From assembly GCA_977030845.1 (NCBI GenBank), contig OZ365118.1, forward strand, positions 2,790,001-2,854,000: DNA of 64,000 bases, read 5' to 3'. This DNA comes from Fimbriosthenelais zetlandica. Its lineage: Eukaryota. The notes beneath the pieces are model-generated. The model worked only from the letters and a program-made list of their open reading frames with translations. It ran no database searches and was not told where the DNA came from. Shown here one piece after another: positions 49,320 to 62,540 of this stretch (its first letter is position 1; the number at the start of each line of letters is the position of its first letter). A program made the position numbers and the translations under genes.

Positions 49320-50526
49320 TTCCTACATGGGAATACCCAAATAGTGACCGCTGTGTAGGAGTAGATATGCTAATCGTACTATAAATGCGGATATATATGG
49401 TATTGAGGATGCTAACAGTACAATATAGAGCGGCCCTTAGTCATCCATCATGTCATATGTAGCCAGGAATCTGTCATCATTCCCTCACCTCCTCATTTTA
49501 TTCAGGGTAGCTCCCCTCCTCACTGGACACCTCTTTTATCAAAATCTCCTCCCCCCCCCCTCTCTCTGACGTCCACATGAGAATCTCCATCACAAAAGAC
49601 GAATACAAAACACGAGTAGTCGATCGGAGAATACTTCTCTCTCTCTCTCTGTGGAAGAAATTAGTATTTCCACCTCCGTTTCTGGTATCTTTCATGATCT
49701 GGAGACCAGATTTCTATTCAAGCCGACAATGAAAAAAGAGAGAGAGTGAATCGAATTACGCTCAATTATGCACAGCTGACAAACTCGGGTTCTCTCTCCA
49801 TTCTCATCTTTCACTGTCTCAATTACGACCGGCTTTCCTCTCAAATAATATTCAAATCTCATTGCCTTTTTTATCTAAAGTCATCCCCGGGGCTTGGTCA
49901 GTTGAAAAGCTGGCTTTTTGTGTGTGTAAAAATGGAGTGATTTGCAGGATAAAGGAATCAGTTGTAACACCCCACCATCTGCCGGTGCTTGTTAATCCCT
50001 CATAATTCACACACATAATTGGAGCCTCCTTGAACATGTCACACTCTACCGATTAATAACAACCTCTTGAGATTTCACTCTCTAACATGCTTCTGGCCAT
50101 TTTAAAAACCTCTCAGCAACCCTATAATCGGCCCACTTGTGTGTTCATGGTCCGTTGATCTGGCACATTGTTGTCACGCTTCATTGAGTAACTATCAGCC
50201 CCCCATATTGCACGGGTCGCTATGGTAACTGAGTCTGATAGATGGCACGAGGACCGTTCACTCTCATTGACCCGTGTCTGTGGGATCGTGATAGACTTCA
50301 ATCTAATCCTGTTCCAATGTTTGCTTTCAAATGCCTTTCATTGATACGTGGTCATAGTTTGCGTTGTTAGAAAGGTCAGGGAGAAAGCTGGGGTGGAGAT
50401 ATGGGTGGTCTGTGAGGGTCCAATAAGCCTGTCCTCTCTGTAAAGTTGCTAACAATGGCAACTTACTAAAGGTGCTACAACTCTGGCCATTCTGTAATGG
50501 CTGCAACAGACTGGGATCGCCTCCAG

Positions 50527-50558
50527 TTGCTTGCGTTTTGCGACTTGCATGCGACTTC
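50527..50558. mobile_element. Fragment of a second short repeat family (gcgacttgcatgcgac)
   Basis: Shares gcgac...gcgac motifs with 54777-54835. Confidence 0.3.
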
Positions 50559-51064
50559 AGAAAAAGAAATCACGATTTTCTGATCCATTTTATCCTTTCA
50601 TCACCCTTCAAATCTTAAAATCTTCCCAAGATTTTTTGCCTAATTGCTGACTGTTGGATAAGAACTTAGTGTATCCCTGCACTGCATGCATGGGCTTCTG
50701 GCAACTGATAAAAGATATCTTTTTGTGAAATCATCTTGACTCAGAAGACGACAATGTCCTGAATCTGTGTTATTAACTAGTAAAACTGTGGTCTGACATG
50801 ATTACCTATAAAGATTAGACTATCACATGTCAGTCACCATCAGACCATGCAGTCATCTAGCCAAGCTGCACAAGGCAAGTTAAGACAAGCCGTGATTCAC
50901 AGCATTCTAACTGTTCCTGGTTTTAACGCGATTGTCAGTCAAGCGAACAGTTCCACTCTGGTTGCCACCAGAGAAAAAGTCTTCTCTAACAAGAATCAAA
51001 CTGATGTAAGCTTTCATGGAATGTGCGGTGAATCTGCTCAACATTTCTAATGCACCACTGCTAT

Positions 51065-51267
51065 TTAAGTCAGTACACAACTGCTGCGATTTTGCTTGCG
51101 AGTCTACTGCTGCAAAGTTGATGATTATGTTGCAATGAGTCATGTAGCAGTGGAGGGTGTCCTTAAGGTCTTGGACAGTCTGACCACAATTTATGAATAT
51201 AATTGCGACACAAAAGTTGTCACAAAAGTGTGGCAATAAAAATCGCAGCAGTGGAGTACAGCCTTAA
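51065..51267 (-). mobile_element. MITE family 1, copy E (complete, TTAA at both ends and at the centre)
   Basis: TTAA at 51065-68, 51163-66 and 51264-67; termini ttaagtcagtacacaactgctgcg / cgcagcagtggagtacagccttaa. Confidence 0.9.
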
Positions 51268-53666
51268 GTTTAGGCTTGGTTAAGCAAACCGAAGAAGACA
51301 GAACACGGTTACACAAGCAGTTGTCGCTGTGCAAATTTGGATTTCTTATCTGAGTGCATATATTGCTGCCTGTTTATCTATTCTCATTCTCCATATGCCG
51401 TATTGGTTTAACTCCCGTGTGAATCTCACTGAGAATATCTCCATCTATTACCAGTTACTGCTCAGGGACCTCAACCCTCCTGGTACTGTCTTGGAGTTTT
51501 TCTGGTGGAAGACAGCGGCGAATAAAAGCTTGAGGGACCCCGGCAAGCACAAATATTGTAGTGGATGGCCCTCCGGAGATGTCTCAAGATAAACTTGTCT
51601 TTATTTACCTGCAAAAAGACCAGTCACTCTCAAAAAGTGAGCCAGACATTGGATATAAAAGTGGTCCATAAATCTGCTGACATTTCTCTATGGTATTAAC
51701 TATTTCATAGACTGTTAAGCACATTCTGATGGAATAGAATGCATCAATCGTAGAATTCTAGGAACCATGAGAGTATATACTTGTGGAAATACGTTACAAG
51801 TGTTGAATTCCTTCAGTTGTGATTGATCAAGCCTTGGGCTTGTTTCTCTCATCTGGTAGCGGTGACATTTGGCTGGATATTTTATCATTCCCTGCTTCTC
51901 TCATGCTTTCTACAGTGACACAATGAAAGCTGCCCTCCAGCTATTTGGCTCAAAACAGATGTAGACAAACAGGTTCAAACAAGCTTCAATTGATGGCTGC
52001 TTGAAAGCCATGAACCAGTTCTGCCAGTTGAACGTAATTCAAGATAGAGGGTTAGCTTATACTACCAGTAACTCTCCTTCATATGTCTCCAACATAACAT
52101 GCTTCTGTTAAACATTAAAAAACACTAGATAAAACGTACAAAAAGAATGTGTTATATGGCTATAAATGCATGGTAGATCTCTTAGACAATTTGAAACATT
52201 CTGGACTTTCTCCGTTCTCATGGTTTCCGTCTCCTTTCTTATAGCTTCTTTCCCCCTTCTCATGCTTTCTCTCCCCTTTCTCGTGTTTTTAATGGTAGTG
52301 TCTTGTTGAGGGCCATGGCTGTGAGAGCTGGGTGCTGTAGTATTGATGCGTCAGGAAGTGTAGAGGGACAGCTTGTATAATACAATTCCTGCCCACTGAC
52401 TGATTGGTCGAGCCGTACGTCCCGCCATCAGCCTTGTTAATCTCCACCAAATGATGGAATATTTCCACCAGCTTTAATTTGATTGAAAAACTCTCCCCCA
52501 GACGATTTCGGTGAGATTGTGCCGCCTAACAGCGACTTGTCGGGAGCGCGAACGGTGGTCAGGGAGCGATTGATTCATATCATTCGCCAGAATGAATTCT
52601 GTTAATTAAGAATGCAATATTTGACCACTTTTTATCACGTACACCCAGCCTATCCTAATGAATACCCATCTAGGACAGTCAATGGGACATATTCAATGTT
52701 CAAACTATTTAGGCATTGACATCAAAATATTACAATTTGTCCCGAAATGATTATCTTAAAAAGAGGTAAAATTCGGCTGGAAATGACGGTTTTTTAACCA
52801 TTAATGAAAGGCGGAGTGGTGAGGGAGCGAGCGTGTGCGTGGTCATGGTTCCCCCAACAGATTTGGTCATGATGAAAATGCTTCAATGGTAAGCGTTCAG
52901 ATTATAATTAAAAGTGAAAGTGCTTAAATAACTACAGCAATTTGCAAGCCATTAACGGGTGCTTATGATAATATGGTCATGCTCAACACGAACCACCAAC
53001 TACTCCAACCTTAAAAAACCCCTCCATGAAATATGCGGAATTACCAAAAAAAGTTTCCATCCGGGTGATGAGAATTCCTGACTGTTCTCATTTACTTGCT
53101 TCTAATATTAATCAGGTACTAACAAAGGCATTAAAACCACTGGAATTTGCCAGTGAAATAAGCATAGGAAACCTATCGAGTTAGCCCCTATATTAAACCA
53201 TGGCAGGGCCCATCAGACATGTTTGTTTGTTGTATACCCATGGAATTTACCTGTTACATCCCCCCATCCCCTTGAGGCCTCAACCTCTTGTCTCTCCTTA
53301 TCCCAGATGACCCTGGCCATCCCTTGAGGGCTTACTGACTCAGGCTACATATCCGTAACGGCTACCCACCCCTCGCCAGCTTCCCAGTGTTTTCTGATTA
53401 ATTAGTCCACAGAGGGAAGAAAGGAGTGGGATATCATGTCCATGCCGGCTGTTCCTGGCCTGCTCTGATAGTCCCACAGGCAGCGCACTACACAGGGCTG
53501 GCCTGTACAGTCCACCCAGCGTCCAGTCTGGTCAGATCTGACCCCCATCACCCCTCTCTGACCTGCCTGACCAATTGCTTATTTATTCACGCACCCTGAC
53601 TGGATGGACAATCAGCCTTGACCAGGCAGTGCGGGAGTCTATGATACAATCAGGATGTCATCTAAC

Positions 53667-53874
53667 TAAGCGGCCAGCCAAGCGACGGTTACCAATGATG
53701 TCTTCTACTGATGTCATTATCAATGTAACAAAGGCAATGCATGGGTGACGAATACACCAATGGAGGAGGGCCTTAAGGCATTTGATACCTCCTAGAACAA
53801 TTTATAACGGTTATTGCTAAGTAATGTTATAGAAAAAACATGTTTTATGTCGCAGCATTTGAGGACAGGCTTAA
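53667..53874 (-). mobile_element. MITE family 1, copy G (reverse orientation, diverged)
   Basis: Internal ggagggccTTAAgg (53773-76) and terminal gtcgcagcatttgaggacaggcTTAA (53871-74), the same 98-bp spacing seen in copy E. Confidence 0.65.
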
Positions 53875-53895
53875 GACATGGTTTGATTTATAACA

Positions 53896-54065
53896 CTAGT
53901 CTGGACTCCACTGCTGCGATTTTGCTTCCGACACTAGCCTACTGCAACAAAGATGCTTGTGTCACAATCAAAGTAACATACTGTATTGTGGTTGAAGTGT
54001 CCTAGGACTTACGGCCGTCCACCACTGGCACATGTTTCATTGCCATCAAGCATCTTTGTTGTAGG
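53896..54065 (+). mobile_element. MITE family 1, copy F (right end truncated)
   Basis: ctagtctggactccactgctgcgattttgct...gatgcttgtgtcacaat...cttacggccgtccaccactgg. Confidence 0.8.
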
Positions 54066-54427
54066 AGTATCCCGGTCTATTTTTGGACTGATCGTCACTC
54101 AGGCGTTCAGTTCTAGTCTGGTTGCCAAGTGAAAAAAGATGGTTTCACATTACGACAGGCAGAGATCTAACTAATGTGGGCCGTCATCAGGCCTGCACGA
54201 TGATATCATGTAATGGAGCCTGGACAGTGAATCTCATCATACCCCTTTTTACCATTGCGCCGTGTTTTAAACATTTTGGTTAAAGTTTCTAACAGCATTG
54301 CGTGATTTGAGGAGATATTTTAAAGTGAAGCTCCCTGGTTAATGGATCGTGTACGGCTACTACCTCCATGGTGGTCACGATGGGGCGCATCTCTATATCA
54401 CTGATTTTAGAGAGCGACAGTGAGCGA

Positions 54428-54608
54428 CAGGGAAAGAGAGATGGGGGAGGGGGAGGGAGAAGGGGGTATACAGATTGGGGAGTAGGGACTGGGAGAGGAG
54501 ACAAGGGAAGAAGAGAAAGGAAGGGAGAGCAGGGTAAAAGAGAGGCAAGTAGAGAGAGTGCAAATAGAAAGAAAGAAGGGACTGAAATGGAATGGAAGAG
54601 AAAGAATA
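54428..54608. repeat. Purine-rich (GA/GGA) low-complexity tract
   Basis: Directly visible. Confidence 0.85.
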
Positions 54609-54776
54609 GACTAAAGTACGTCCACCAATGCTCCGACACACTTGAAAATGTTTGCAATCATATTTTGTAGCCATTTAAGTTATAAATGATAGTCAATTTT
54701 TTCATTGATTGTAAGGTTGTTCACTTTCAACCATTTTTCAGTCATGTCATGACGGTGAACACTTGTAACAGTGCCT

Positions 54777-54835
54777 CACGACAGGCGACATGCGACGCAA
54801 GGGTGTCGCAAATCGCACCTATGGAGGTTAACCCT
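54777..54835. mobile_element. Fragment of a second short repeat family (gcgacatgcgacgcaagggtgtcgcaaatcgc)
   Basis: Internal gcgac/gtcgc inverted motifs; related to 50527-50558. Confidence 0.35.
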
Positions 54836-55756
54836 GAGTTTATTACAGTAAGGTTATCTAGTCTGTAGATGGTTATAGATGAACAAGATGCCTTAATAGA
54901 TAGAGTGAACATTCTACATGATGGACCAGGTCATGGATGTAGTAGAGATTGACGCACTCTTCACCCTGATGGCTCCCATCATGCCACATTGTGGAGTCAC
55001 TTTTTCTGTTGGTTTCAAGGTCGACTCACTCGTCCTTCACGCACACTCAGAGGCAGTGACATGAAACGGAACATTATTTCGATTTTAAAAAGCCACTGAG
55101 TATTATAAATAGACTGATATAAGCATTAATCCCGTCAAATTCTAATCGGAATAGATACTTATTTAGTCCAAGTCCATCTAAACAACCATTGCATGTCTGC
55201 ACAGTATACAACCATATATAGCCTCTGCCTTGGTTTTTCTACATCCTATATTTAACTCTTAAATAGGGCCTTAATATATTTCAGGCCTGTAGGGAATACA
55301 TCCCCCAACATGCTGTGATTTTATCTCCGGCTCTTTCGCTTATTTGGCCAATCAGCGGGGACTAAGTAATTTACTTCGGAGCACCCGACCTTTCCCCCAT
55401 CACCCACTGCGGGACTGTTGTATGCCTGCTAACATCCGGTCCACGCCCTAAAATTGTGCCAATGAATTCCAATCGGGTATCTTTGACTAGAAGCTAAGGG
55501 CTCTTAAAAATATCCCCAAAATGATGATGGATCCTAGGGTGGTAGAAGTGCTAGTGCTTGGCTGTGACTAGGGCAGCATTAAGGTAAGCCTAGTGGTTAT
55601 GGGATGGCGGGAGCCAGCCTTCCTCCCTCTACCCCCACCTCACCCTACATTAATTAATTGATGATGTATGCTACTAGATCTGAACTTGTCATCTTATGGT
55701 CTAAAATTGGAGCGGGAATCTCCTACCCTGAAATTGGCAGATTCTGTTCTTTACAG

Positions 55757-55804
55757 TTTTGAAATTCAGCCTCAGGTCCTAGAATACCTCAGATCTCAGG
55801 AAAG
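55757..55804 (+). CDS. Candidate 48-nt frame-preserving exon (FEIQPQVLEYLRSQE)
   Basis: Acceptor ttctgttctttacag, donor AAG|gtatca, only the phase-2 frame is open. Confidence 0.25.
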
Positions 55805-58800
55805 GTATCAGCTGTACAAGCTTGAATTTGAATATATAGGTTAAATTTGATTCCGGAGATCTCAGATTTTGATGGACTAGACTCCATAACCTTGTATGAG
55901 TAATTGGATGGCCTAACATTGAGGATTCCCATGAACTTATAGCATCAGTGCAATGATATACAGTTACTTAGATCAATAAGTTATCTCCTCAAATGATTCA
56001 AAATAGAAAGAATAGTATCTCTTCATGAATGACGCATTCATGTCTGGATATACACATTCAACAGACAGAATGATAATGCATGACCTTTAGAAATGAAGAT
56101 CCATTCTGAAGGAAAGTTGTCGTTCAACTTCGTTGGGAGCTATCTCTGTTAGATGCTTTGTACAGAGTCTCATTCAACTTAGAGCTTCACTTAATTTCCT
56201 TTCAACACAATTGTTTCTCTTGAATTACAGTCTTGTGAAGGCATGATATTCACAGTGCCCTATAGAAATTTACAAAGAATGGAATAATTTAGCTTGGTGC
56301 TAATGCATCATAGAAATTTGCTCCATAGTAAAGTGTCTTATCCGAGCATGGTGGCGGGAGGAAATTCTCAATGATAACTCCGACCTCTCATTCATTTGTG
56401 TCGACCTTATCTGTCACAATGAATGGACTCAGATGATCGATGTTGGCAGAAAAGATACAAGAAGAACATTTGTTGATGATTTCCCTGTAAATAATACCCG
56501 AATAAACAAGTCGCTGTTTGACTATTGAAGAAACACTAGATCCGGAGCCGTGCCACTGGCACCGGAAGATCAACAGATAATGTTCAGCGGACGAGCTGCT
56601 CCCAATGAGCAGGACGACTTGCTCGGGCCGTCTTCTCCAATCTTTACTGGGAGAAAAACTGGACCATCTTCCATAATGTAAATGTACACTCATTAATTAA
56701 ACCAGGCCCTCTTCAGCTCCTCACTTTTTCCCTGGACATGCCAACATTGCTTCTGTGTTCACCTTAGTTTCTGCTGTCCTTAGTAGGGCGATAATAAGGG
56801 ATTCTATCATAGCTTACCATAGTCTGAACTGTCCCACCATCGACTCCCAATCTGCTCATTCAGAGCCGAGTAGCTCAGTGTTATATATATATACCCGACT
56901 TAGTATCTCCCATCCCCTCATGCCCCAGGTAATGGTACAATGTTTTGTGAAGCAATCTTCACATTTCTGCCACAAATCTCATCTGAGAAGACCAGCTATC
57001 AGTGCATGCCATACATGCGGCAAGGCGGCCATGTTAAGGGGGATTTTCATAAAGGCAATGATCATTTTAATTAGCCCCTGGCTCCATAATTGGTCGTTTA
57101 GATGATAATGACACACTCTAGGCTATTTTCAATGGCATTATTTAGTACTGATAGGTTTAATCACCTCAAAGGGACTTCAAGTCTTGCCCATTATGCTGCC
57201 TTTTCATTTCACCAGGCCTACTCTGCCTGATGAGTGTATACTATAGCCTCCCCACTCCATTACTTTAATGAGTCCTTGTCATGAAAACCTAGCATCATAA
57301 ACATTTGACCTGAAATATTAGTATTCTAAATAAGCATCAGTATATGCATTAGTATTTTCTCCCATTATAAAATCAATTCCTTGCCTTGAAACTTAATGAA
57401 CATCCCCTCCTATCCGAATAAATTAATGATTTTCATACATGAAGAACAGGGATGTGTGGAAAAAAGTTTAGAATTACAGAGAATATATGGGGAGATAGAA
57501 GGGCTAGAGGCCATGTTAGTATAGCTTCAGTAGACACCTTACATGGCATATTCTATCCCCAGCCCAGGCCTGGTCTCAAATATACGACCAGGCCGTCCAA
57601 TATACCACTAAACGTGTACCAACAGCTATGACGTACCCTATCATAGCTGATAATAACACCTATACACATAGCAGCGCGCGGTGAAAGGAGAATTTAGTGA
57701 GGGCCCACAGATCGATCCACAGACACGCCCCATTGATCCAGCCACATTTTTCCTCCGTCCAGGATGATCCTACATGAACAATTTTCAGCCTGATTAGACT
57801 TTTGCCTGGTCAGGCTGAATCGACCCATCATTTATTATGTGTTACTTGTACGGTTCTAGTTCAAAGTTGACAAGCTAAAGCGACCAATGGCTGCGACTAA
57901 GGGATGAGATAGTGCGCCAGGCTTGGCCTGGTTCTCTCTCACACCCCTACCTACCATCCTCATGCTATTATCGCATTATCTGAGTAATTGGAATCAATTA
58001 AATATTCATCGAGATGGTCCTGCCACGCCATAAAATGCGGCCCACCAATGTAGTTTATACTTGTAAGGTGTTGCCCGTGTTTCCCCGCCTACATATCAGT
58101 GGTTGTAATGGTAGAATGATAACCACATTCTATACCGTAATCGCCGGAGGCAGGGCACACCTAGAGCTTCCCCCATCAGCTCAGAAACGTGTGGTCTAAC
58201 AGTGGTTGTCTTGAGAATCGGGATGATTTTATGACTGATTGTATTCCACTCATTAATAAGATATTAAGTAACTACCCACTCGTATAACTTCCTTATCGTT
58301 TCTACTAATAATGCATGGGCTTAAGTATTGCAATTACTTTCCCTGGAAGGAGCTGGGTGAGAATGGTGAGATAAGTATGGGTTTCATTCCATCTATGGCT
58401 GAGTGTATTAAGGCATTATTGGTCATATTGTGACAGGTAAGCAGGGTTTCTGTGTAATGTATTAGTATATGTGTCACTTACAGCTGAGGTATATATGTGA
58501 TTATCCTGATAGAGCTGCGCATGACAGGTGCAAAATATATCACCACCTACATTTTCATCCCTGTTTTCTTCAATTATTTCTTCAAAATATGTTATAAATG
58601 CCAATTTTTATCGTACAAGACATGTTTATGTATTATGTTGCCAGGAGATGGAAAAAATATGAATATTTGATATACCAATGTTAGCTGATGGATTTCTCCT
58701 TTGGAAATCCATTTATGAAAAACTAATCTTGATTTATAACAAATCATTAAATGAATTGTAGAATGAAAATCATTCCCAGCTGCTGGAGACACTTGGAGGC

Positions 58801-58949
58801 CTTCCACTAAGGAACATTTGGGTCATTGCCCTATGCCTTACATGCATTATCTCCGTGATAATTCATAGTGGGCTTCACGCATTGTGCGATTATGATGGAT
58901 AGATAACGTACTAGAATATAACATGTTTCAGAATAATTATTAACAAGGT

Positions 58950-59300
58950 TTTCCCCTCAGTGGCTAAAGCGTCCATTGTGATGTATTCGGGGCCTTCTCC
59001 ATCCTCTTGACCCCGCTCCGTCTCCCCGCCTTCCAATATGTTACAGTCCATCCCTCATTTGTATTAATCGGTGCTTTGAATTATGCATCAACATTGGTCC
59101 TGTATGGGAGGCTACCTGGGGTTTAGGGTACCAGTACGCCTCCTTTGTTAACGTAGAATACAGGTCCCAACTGAGACACAGCCTCCAATCTGTGTTCACT
59201 TGGTGTGTTTGGAACCAGAGAATAGGCATCTGGGATGTTCTTATTCAACCGTTCCCCTCCCCAGAGTCCATCGACCTGAGCATTGGTAGTATGAGAAACA
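58950..59300 (-). mobile_element. Decayed L1 3' fragment
   Basis: tggaggctgtgtctcagttgggacc reads WR-C-..VGT with a frameshift (CWRC...GT-like). Confidence 0.25.
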
Positions 59301-60199
59301 CTATTAACAGACCCATAAAGGTTTAGACTGTTTGAAGCAGCTCACTTATAAGGCCATGTTATTGTACAGGCAATATATATGTTGGACCACCTGCCTGTAT
59401 AGACTGAATAGAATGAGGAAAACCCTAATACATCTATCTGGCTTCTCGGGTATGCTTTCAAAATAAGCCCCTGAGCTTTACCTTTCTATGTTCAAGTCCC
59501 ATTTTTTTTCTACTAAATCTACCTTTGGTAGCCTGAATTACCATAAACTGAAATTGCTTGTGTGATAGTGTAGAAATAATAAATTAGTGACTTAAATTAG
59601 GTTCATATCTTAGACAATTTGAAGGGTCATTTGAAGTAATTACACCTCTCAAGTATTGGGAGGTCAAGGACAACCAAAATCTGACCGCATGGTTGTCCAG
59701 ATTTATAGGTTTTTTCAGACAAGAGATCCTGACCTACCAGCTTAACAAGCCCTGTCACTAACATATAAATATATAGTTCATCTGACTATGTTTATGCGGT
59801 TTTGATTCTGGTTTTCATAATAGTTATTTTGTTCCCATATATAAAGAGCTGCGCATCATTTCAGTGAGCCTGATGCCGGTCTGGTTTTCACAATGATATC
59901 AGGTTAGCTGCATTCACTCTCATATGCTCTGTATATGTGTAAGCTTTTTATCATCTCATTTTTCTATCATCCAGTATCCTGTTCAGAGAGCACTATGCTA
60001 TGTATCAAGTGGAGCCTATAGTTCAATCTGACAATGGCGCAGACACTTTTTACAATTTTCTTTGTAAACATGTATTACAAAAGGATGAATTCATATTAAC
60101 TTGTGTAGGATAACTTCCGTGGGATGAATTTATGAAAGGCGGAGTGAGTGACAAAACAAGAGCTCAATTTCAATGTACATGGGCATTGTTTTCCAGTTT

Positions 60200-60480
60200 G
60201 TAGCTCGCTATAGTACATTGACCTACTTCAAAACATTCACTTAAGTTTCATAAAAGTTAAACTATTCTCGACTTTCCCCTGATTTGTTCCCTCCCACCAT
60301 AACCCCTGACCATTCTCCAATCGTTTAATCAACTCATATCAAAGGTCACTTAATATTATTAAATCCCTGCCATAGAAGGGATAATCTCCATTTTACTGGA
60401 ACCCTACATCAGGAAAAAAAACTGGGATTTAGGACGGAGTCAGTGGAAGTTGCGTGAATATTGATAATGAAATGGAAGAA
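60200..60480 (+). mobile_element. Decayed LINE endonuclease fragment
   Basis: tattctcgactt (YSRL) ... ataacccctgaccattctccaatc (ITPDHSPI) ... tggaagttg (WKL). Confidence 0.3.
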
Positions 60481-60744
60481 ATCGGGATTTTATCGAAAGG
60501 TTCTCTGAAAAAATAGGCCGGAGGTAAAAGACGTGGTCTCGTGAGAGGTGAAATGGTAAGTGGGATTGAGAAAATGTTAAAATCACCATCAGGGGGTTTC
60601 ACGAGCAGCTCACGCACGAGTCGAGAGAGGCTGAGCTGCTCAAATACTCACTTCATTCTGCTCCCCTGATGCCCCTCTCTCACACGAGCATTTGTCTTGA
60701 GATCCCACCAAGAAAACCTTTCTCTTACTCGTCCTCTCTTTGTA

Positions 60745-60943
60745 TCTTCCCCTCCGCTTCCCCTTCTCCCTCATCCCACCTCTCTTCCCCTCCGCTTCCC
60801 CTTCTCCCTCATCCCACCTCTCTTCCCCTCCGCTCCCCCTTCTCCCTCAACCCACCTCTCTTCCCCTCCGCTCCCCCTTCTCCCTCATCCCACCTCTCTT
60901 CCCCTCCGCTCCCCCTTCTCCCTCATCCCACCTCTCTTCCCCT
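60745..60943. repeat. Pyrimidine minisatellite, about 5.2 x 38 bp
   Basis: Unit tcttcccctccgcttccccttctccctcatcccacctc. Confidence 0.95.
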
Positions 60944-62015
60944 AGCTCCTACTATATGGGAGGGAGTAAATGATCTGGTGCACGATCCCCCTCAGGGATA
61001 TATGACATCAATCAAACTACTTTTTACATTGCACCTCTCCTGGCCGGCCCCTAATAGCTTGATAGTTGTCGTGAGTAGCCGCTAGCTACCCGCTGTGTGA
61101 TCCAAATTTCACACCACTTCCACCGCCCGATTATCCTCCATCATTCCCTCCACTCAAATTATTGATAGATTGCGGCCGTGTGTGTTCACTCGATGCTTCC
61201 CTACCCAGCATCAATTCACCTATACAATATACACACCAGCTCACTCGAGATTATCCCCGAGTATACTGCCTATTTCTTAGGTTATTTAAATGGCTTGAAA
61301 TCGCATTTAATTGCATAAACATAGTCTTACTTTAACTGGGGATTTTCTTATGTACAAGGCTGCCTTTCGTGTGACTGATATGTTAATCATGAAGTTGTAG
61401 GATATATAAGACTAGAATAAGTAGAAGGCAATGAAAGTTCTGCATGGGAAACTACAAGATTTTTTGTGTTTTCCTGGAGCTTATTCAGTCCTCTTTGCAT
61501 TTATTTTGGCACTTCTCGTTTGCCTTCATCCCTAGGGAGGTGGGAAAGCTTTCCTCCAATAGCAAAATGTAGGATCCATTATGCATATAGGAAGGGAGAG
61601 AACTGCTAGAGCTGGGGGAAGTCTAGCTGTAAGACTGTAGAGTACAGATATATATCAGTAGGGACCCCTTCCCTGTACTCTATACCTCTGGCCTAATATT
61701 CTCCAGGATCCCCAGGAGTTTCCCTTTGGTACAATTGATATAGAGCTGCATGGAAGGCCTAGATTGGTGTTACGGATGGCTTCAGATCTTGAACCTGAGA
61801 TAGGTGGCATTATGGGGTGGGCCGTGCTGGGCTGGCCAGCCTGACAGCAGGTCCCACACCCTGACTTGATATCTCTCACTGGTCTACTCTGACTGATGCC
61901 TGTGATGATAGGTGCCACATCCCCCGGGCTACACCGGGCAGCCTCCCCTGTCCCTCTCTATCACACGCCATGTCTGTCAGCCAGATACCAACATGAAACT
62001 CTTGTCTTCTACAAG

Positions 62016-62291
62016 CCTCTCTTTCTCTAACCTCTCTCCCTCCATCTCTCTACCCCCTCTCACCTCTCTCTTACTTCCTCTTTCACTCTTTCTCTCATCT
62101 CCTTCCACTCCTCTGTCTTCTCTCTCCTTTCTCCCTCTCTCTCTTTCTCTCCCCTCTCTCTCATCTCCTTTCCCTATCTTCTCTCTCTCCTCTTTTTCTA
62201 TCTCCATCCCCCTCTCCTCCCATCTCTCCTCTCTCTTCCCCCCCTCCTTCTCCATCCCCTTTGCTTCTCTCTCCTCTCTCCCTCCCATCTC

Positions 62292-62328
<37 letters not shown>
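62016..62328. repeat. Long (CT)n-rich polypyrimidine tract
   Basis: Directly visible; it generates the S/L/P- and R/E/G-rich ORFs in the track. Confidence 0.95.
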
Positions 62329-62331
<3 letters not shown>

Positions 62332-62540
62332 AGCCTTTGTCCTCACCTCCCTAAGGTCCCTAAAGGGCCATGGCCCCAGAGCTTTAACCATGTCCAGGGT
62401 GAGTGTTTCTGCTTGAATGCGACATGACAGGCTCTGTAAGGCCCTCCTAACCTCTCCTCCCACCCTCCCCCACCCCCACCTTCCCACCCACATACGTGTT
62501 ACATAGGTCTACCGGGGTGTCTGGTAGTCTGCCCCGCCGA

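Noticed and set aside
57567-57594. 9-bp perfect hairpin ggcctggtc/gaccaggcc as a terminator
   Set aside because: Eukaryotic context and no U-tract; short inverted repeats are expected by chance.
61912-62493. Longest ORFs in the track (171 aa and overlapping frames)
   Set aside because: S/L/P and R/E/G peptides produced by the CT tract. The same applies to ORFs at 6589, 29027, 38346, 54289 and 60669.
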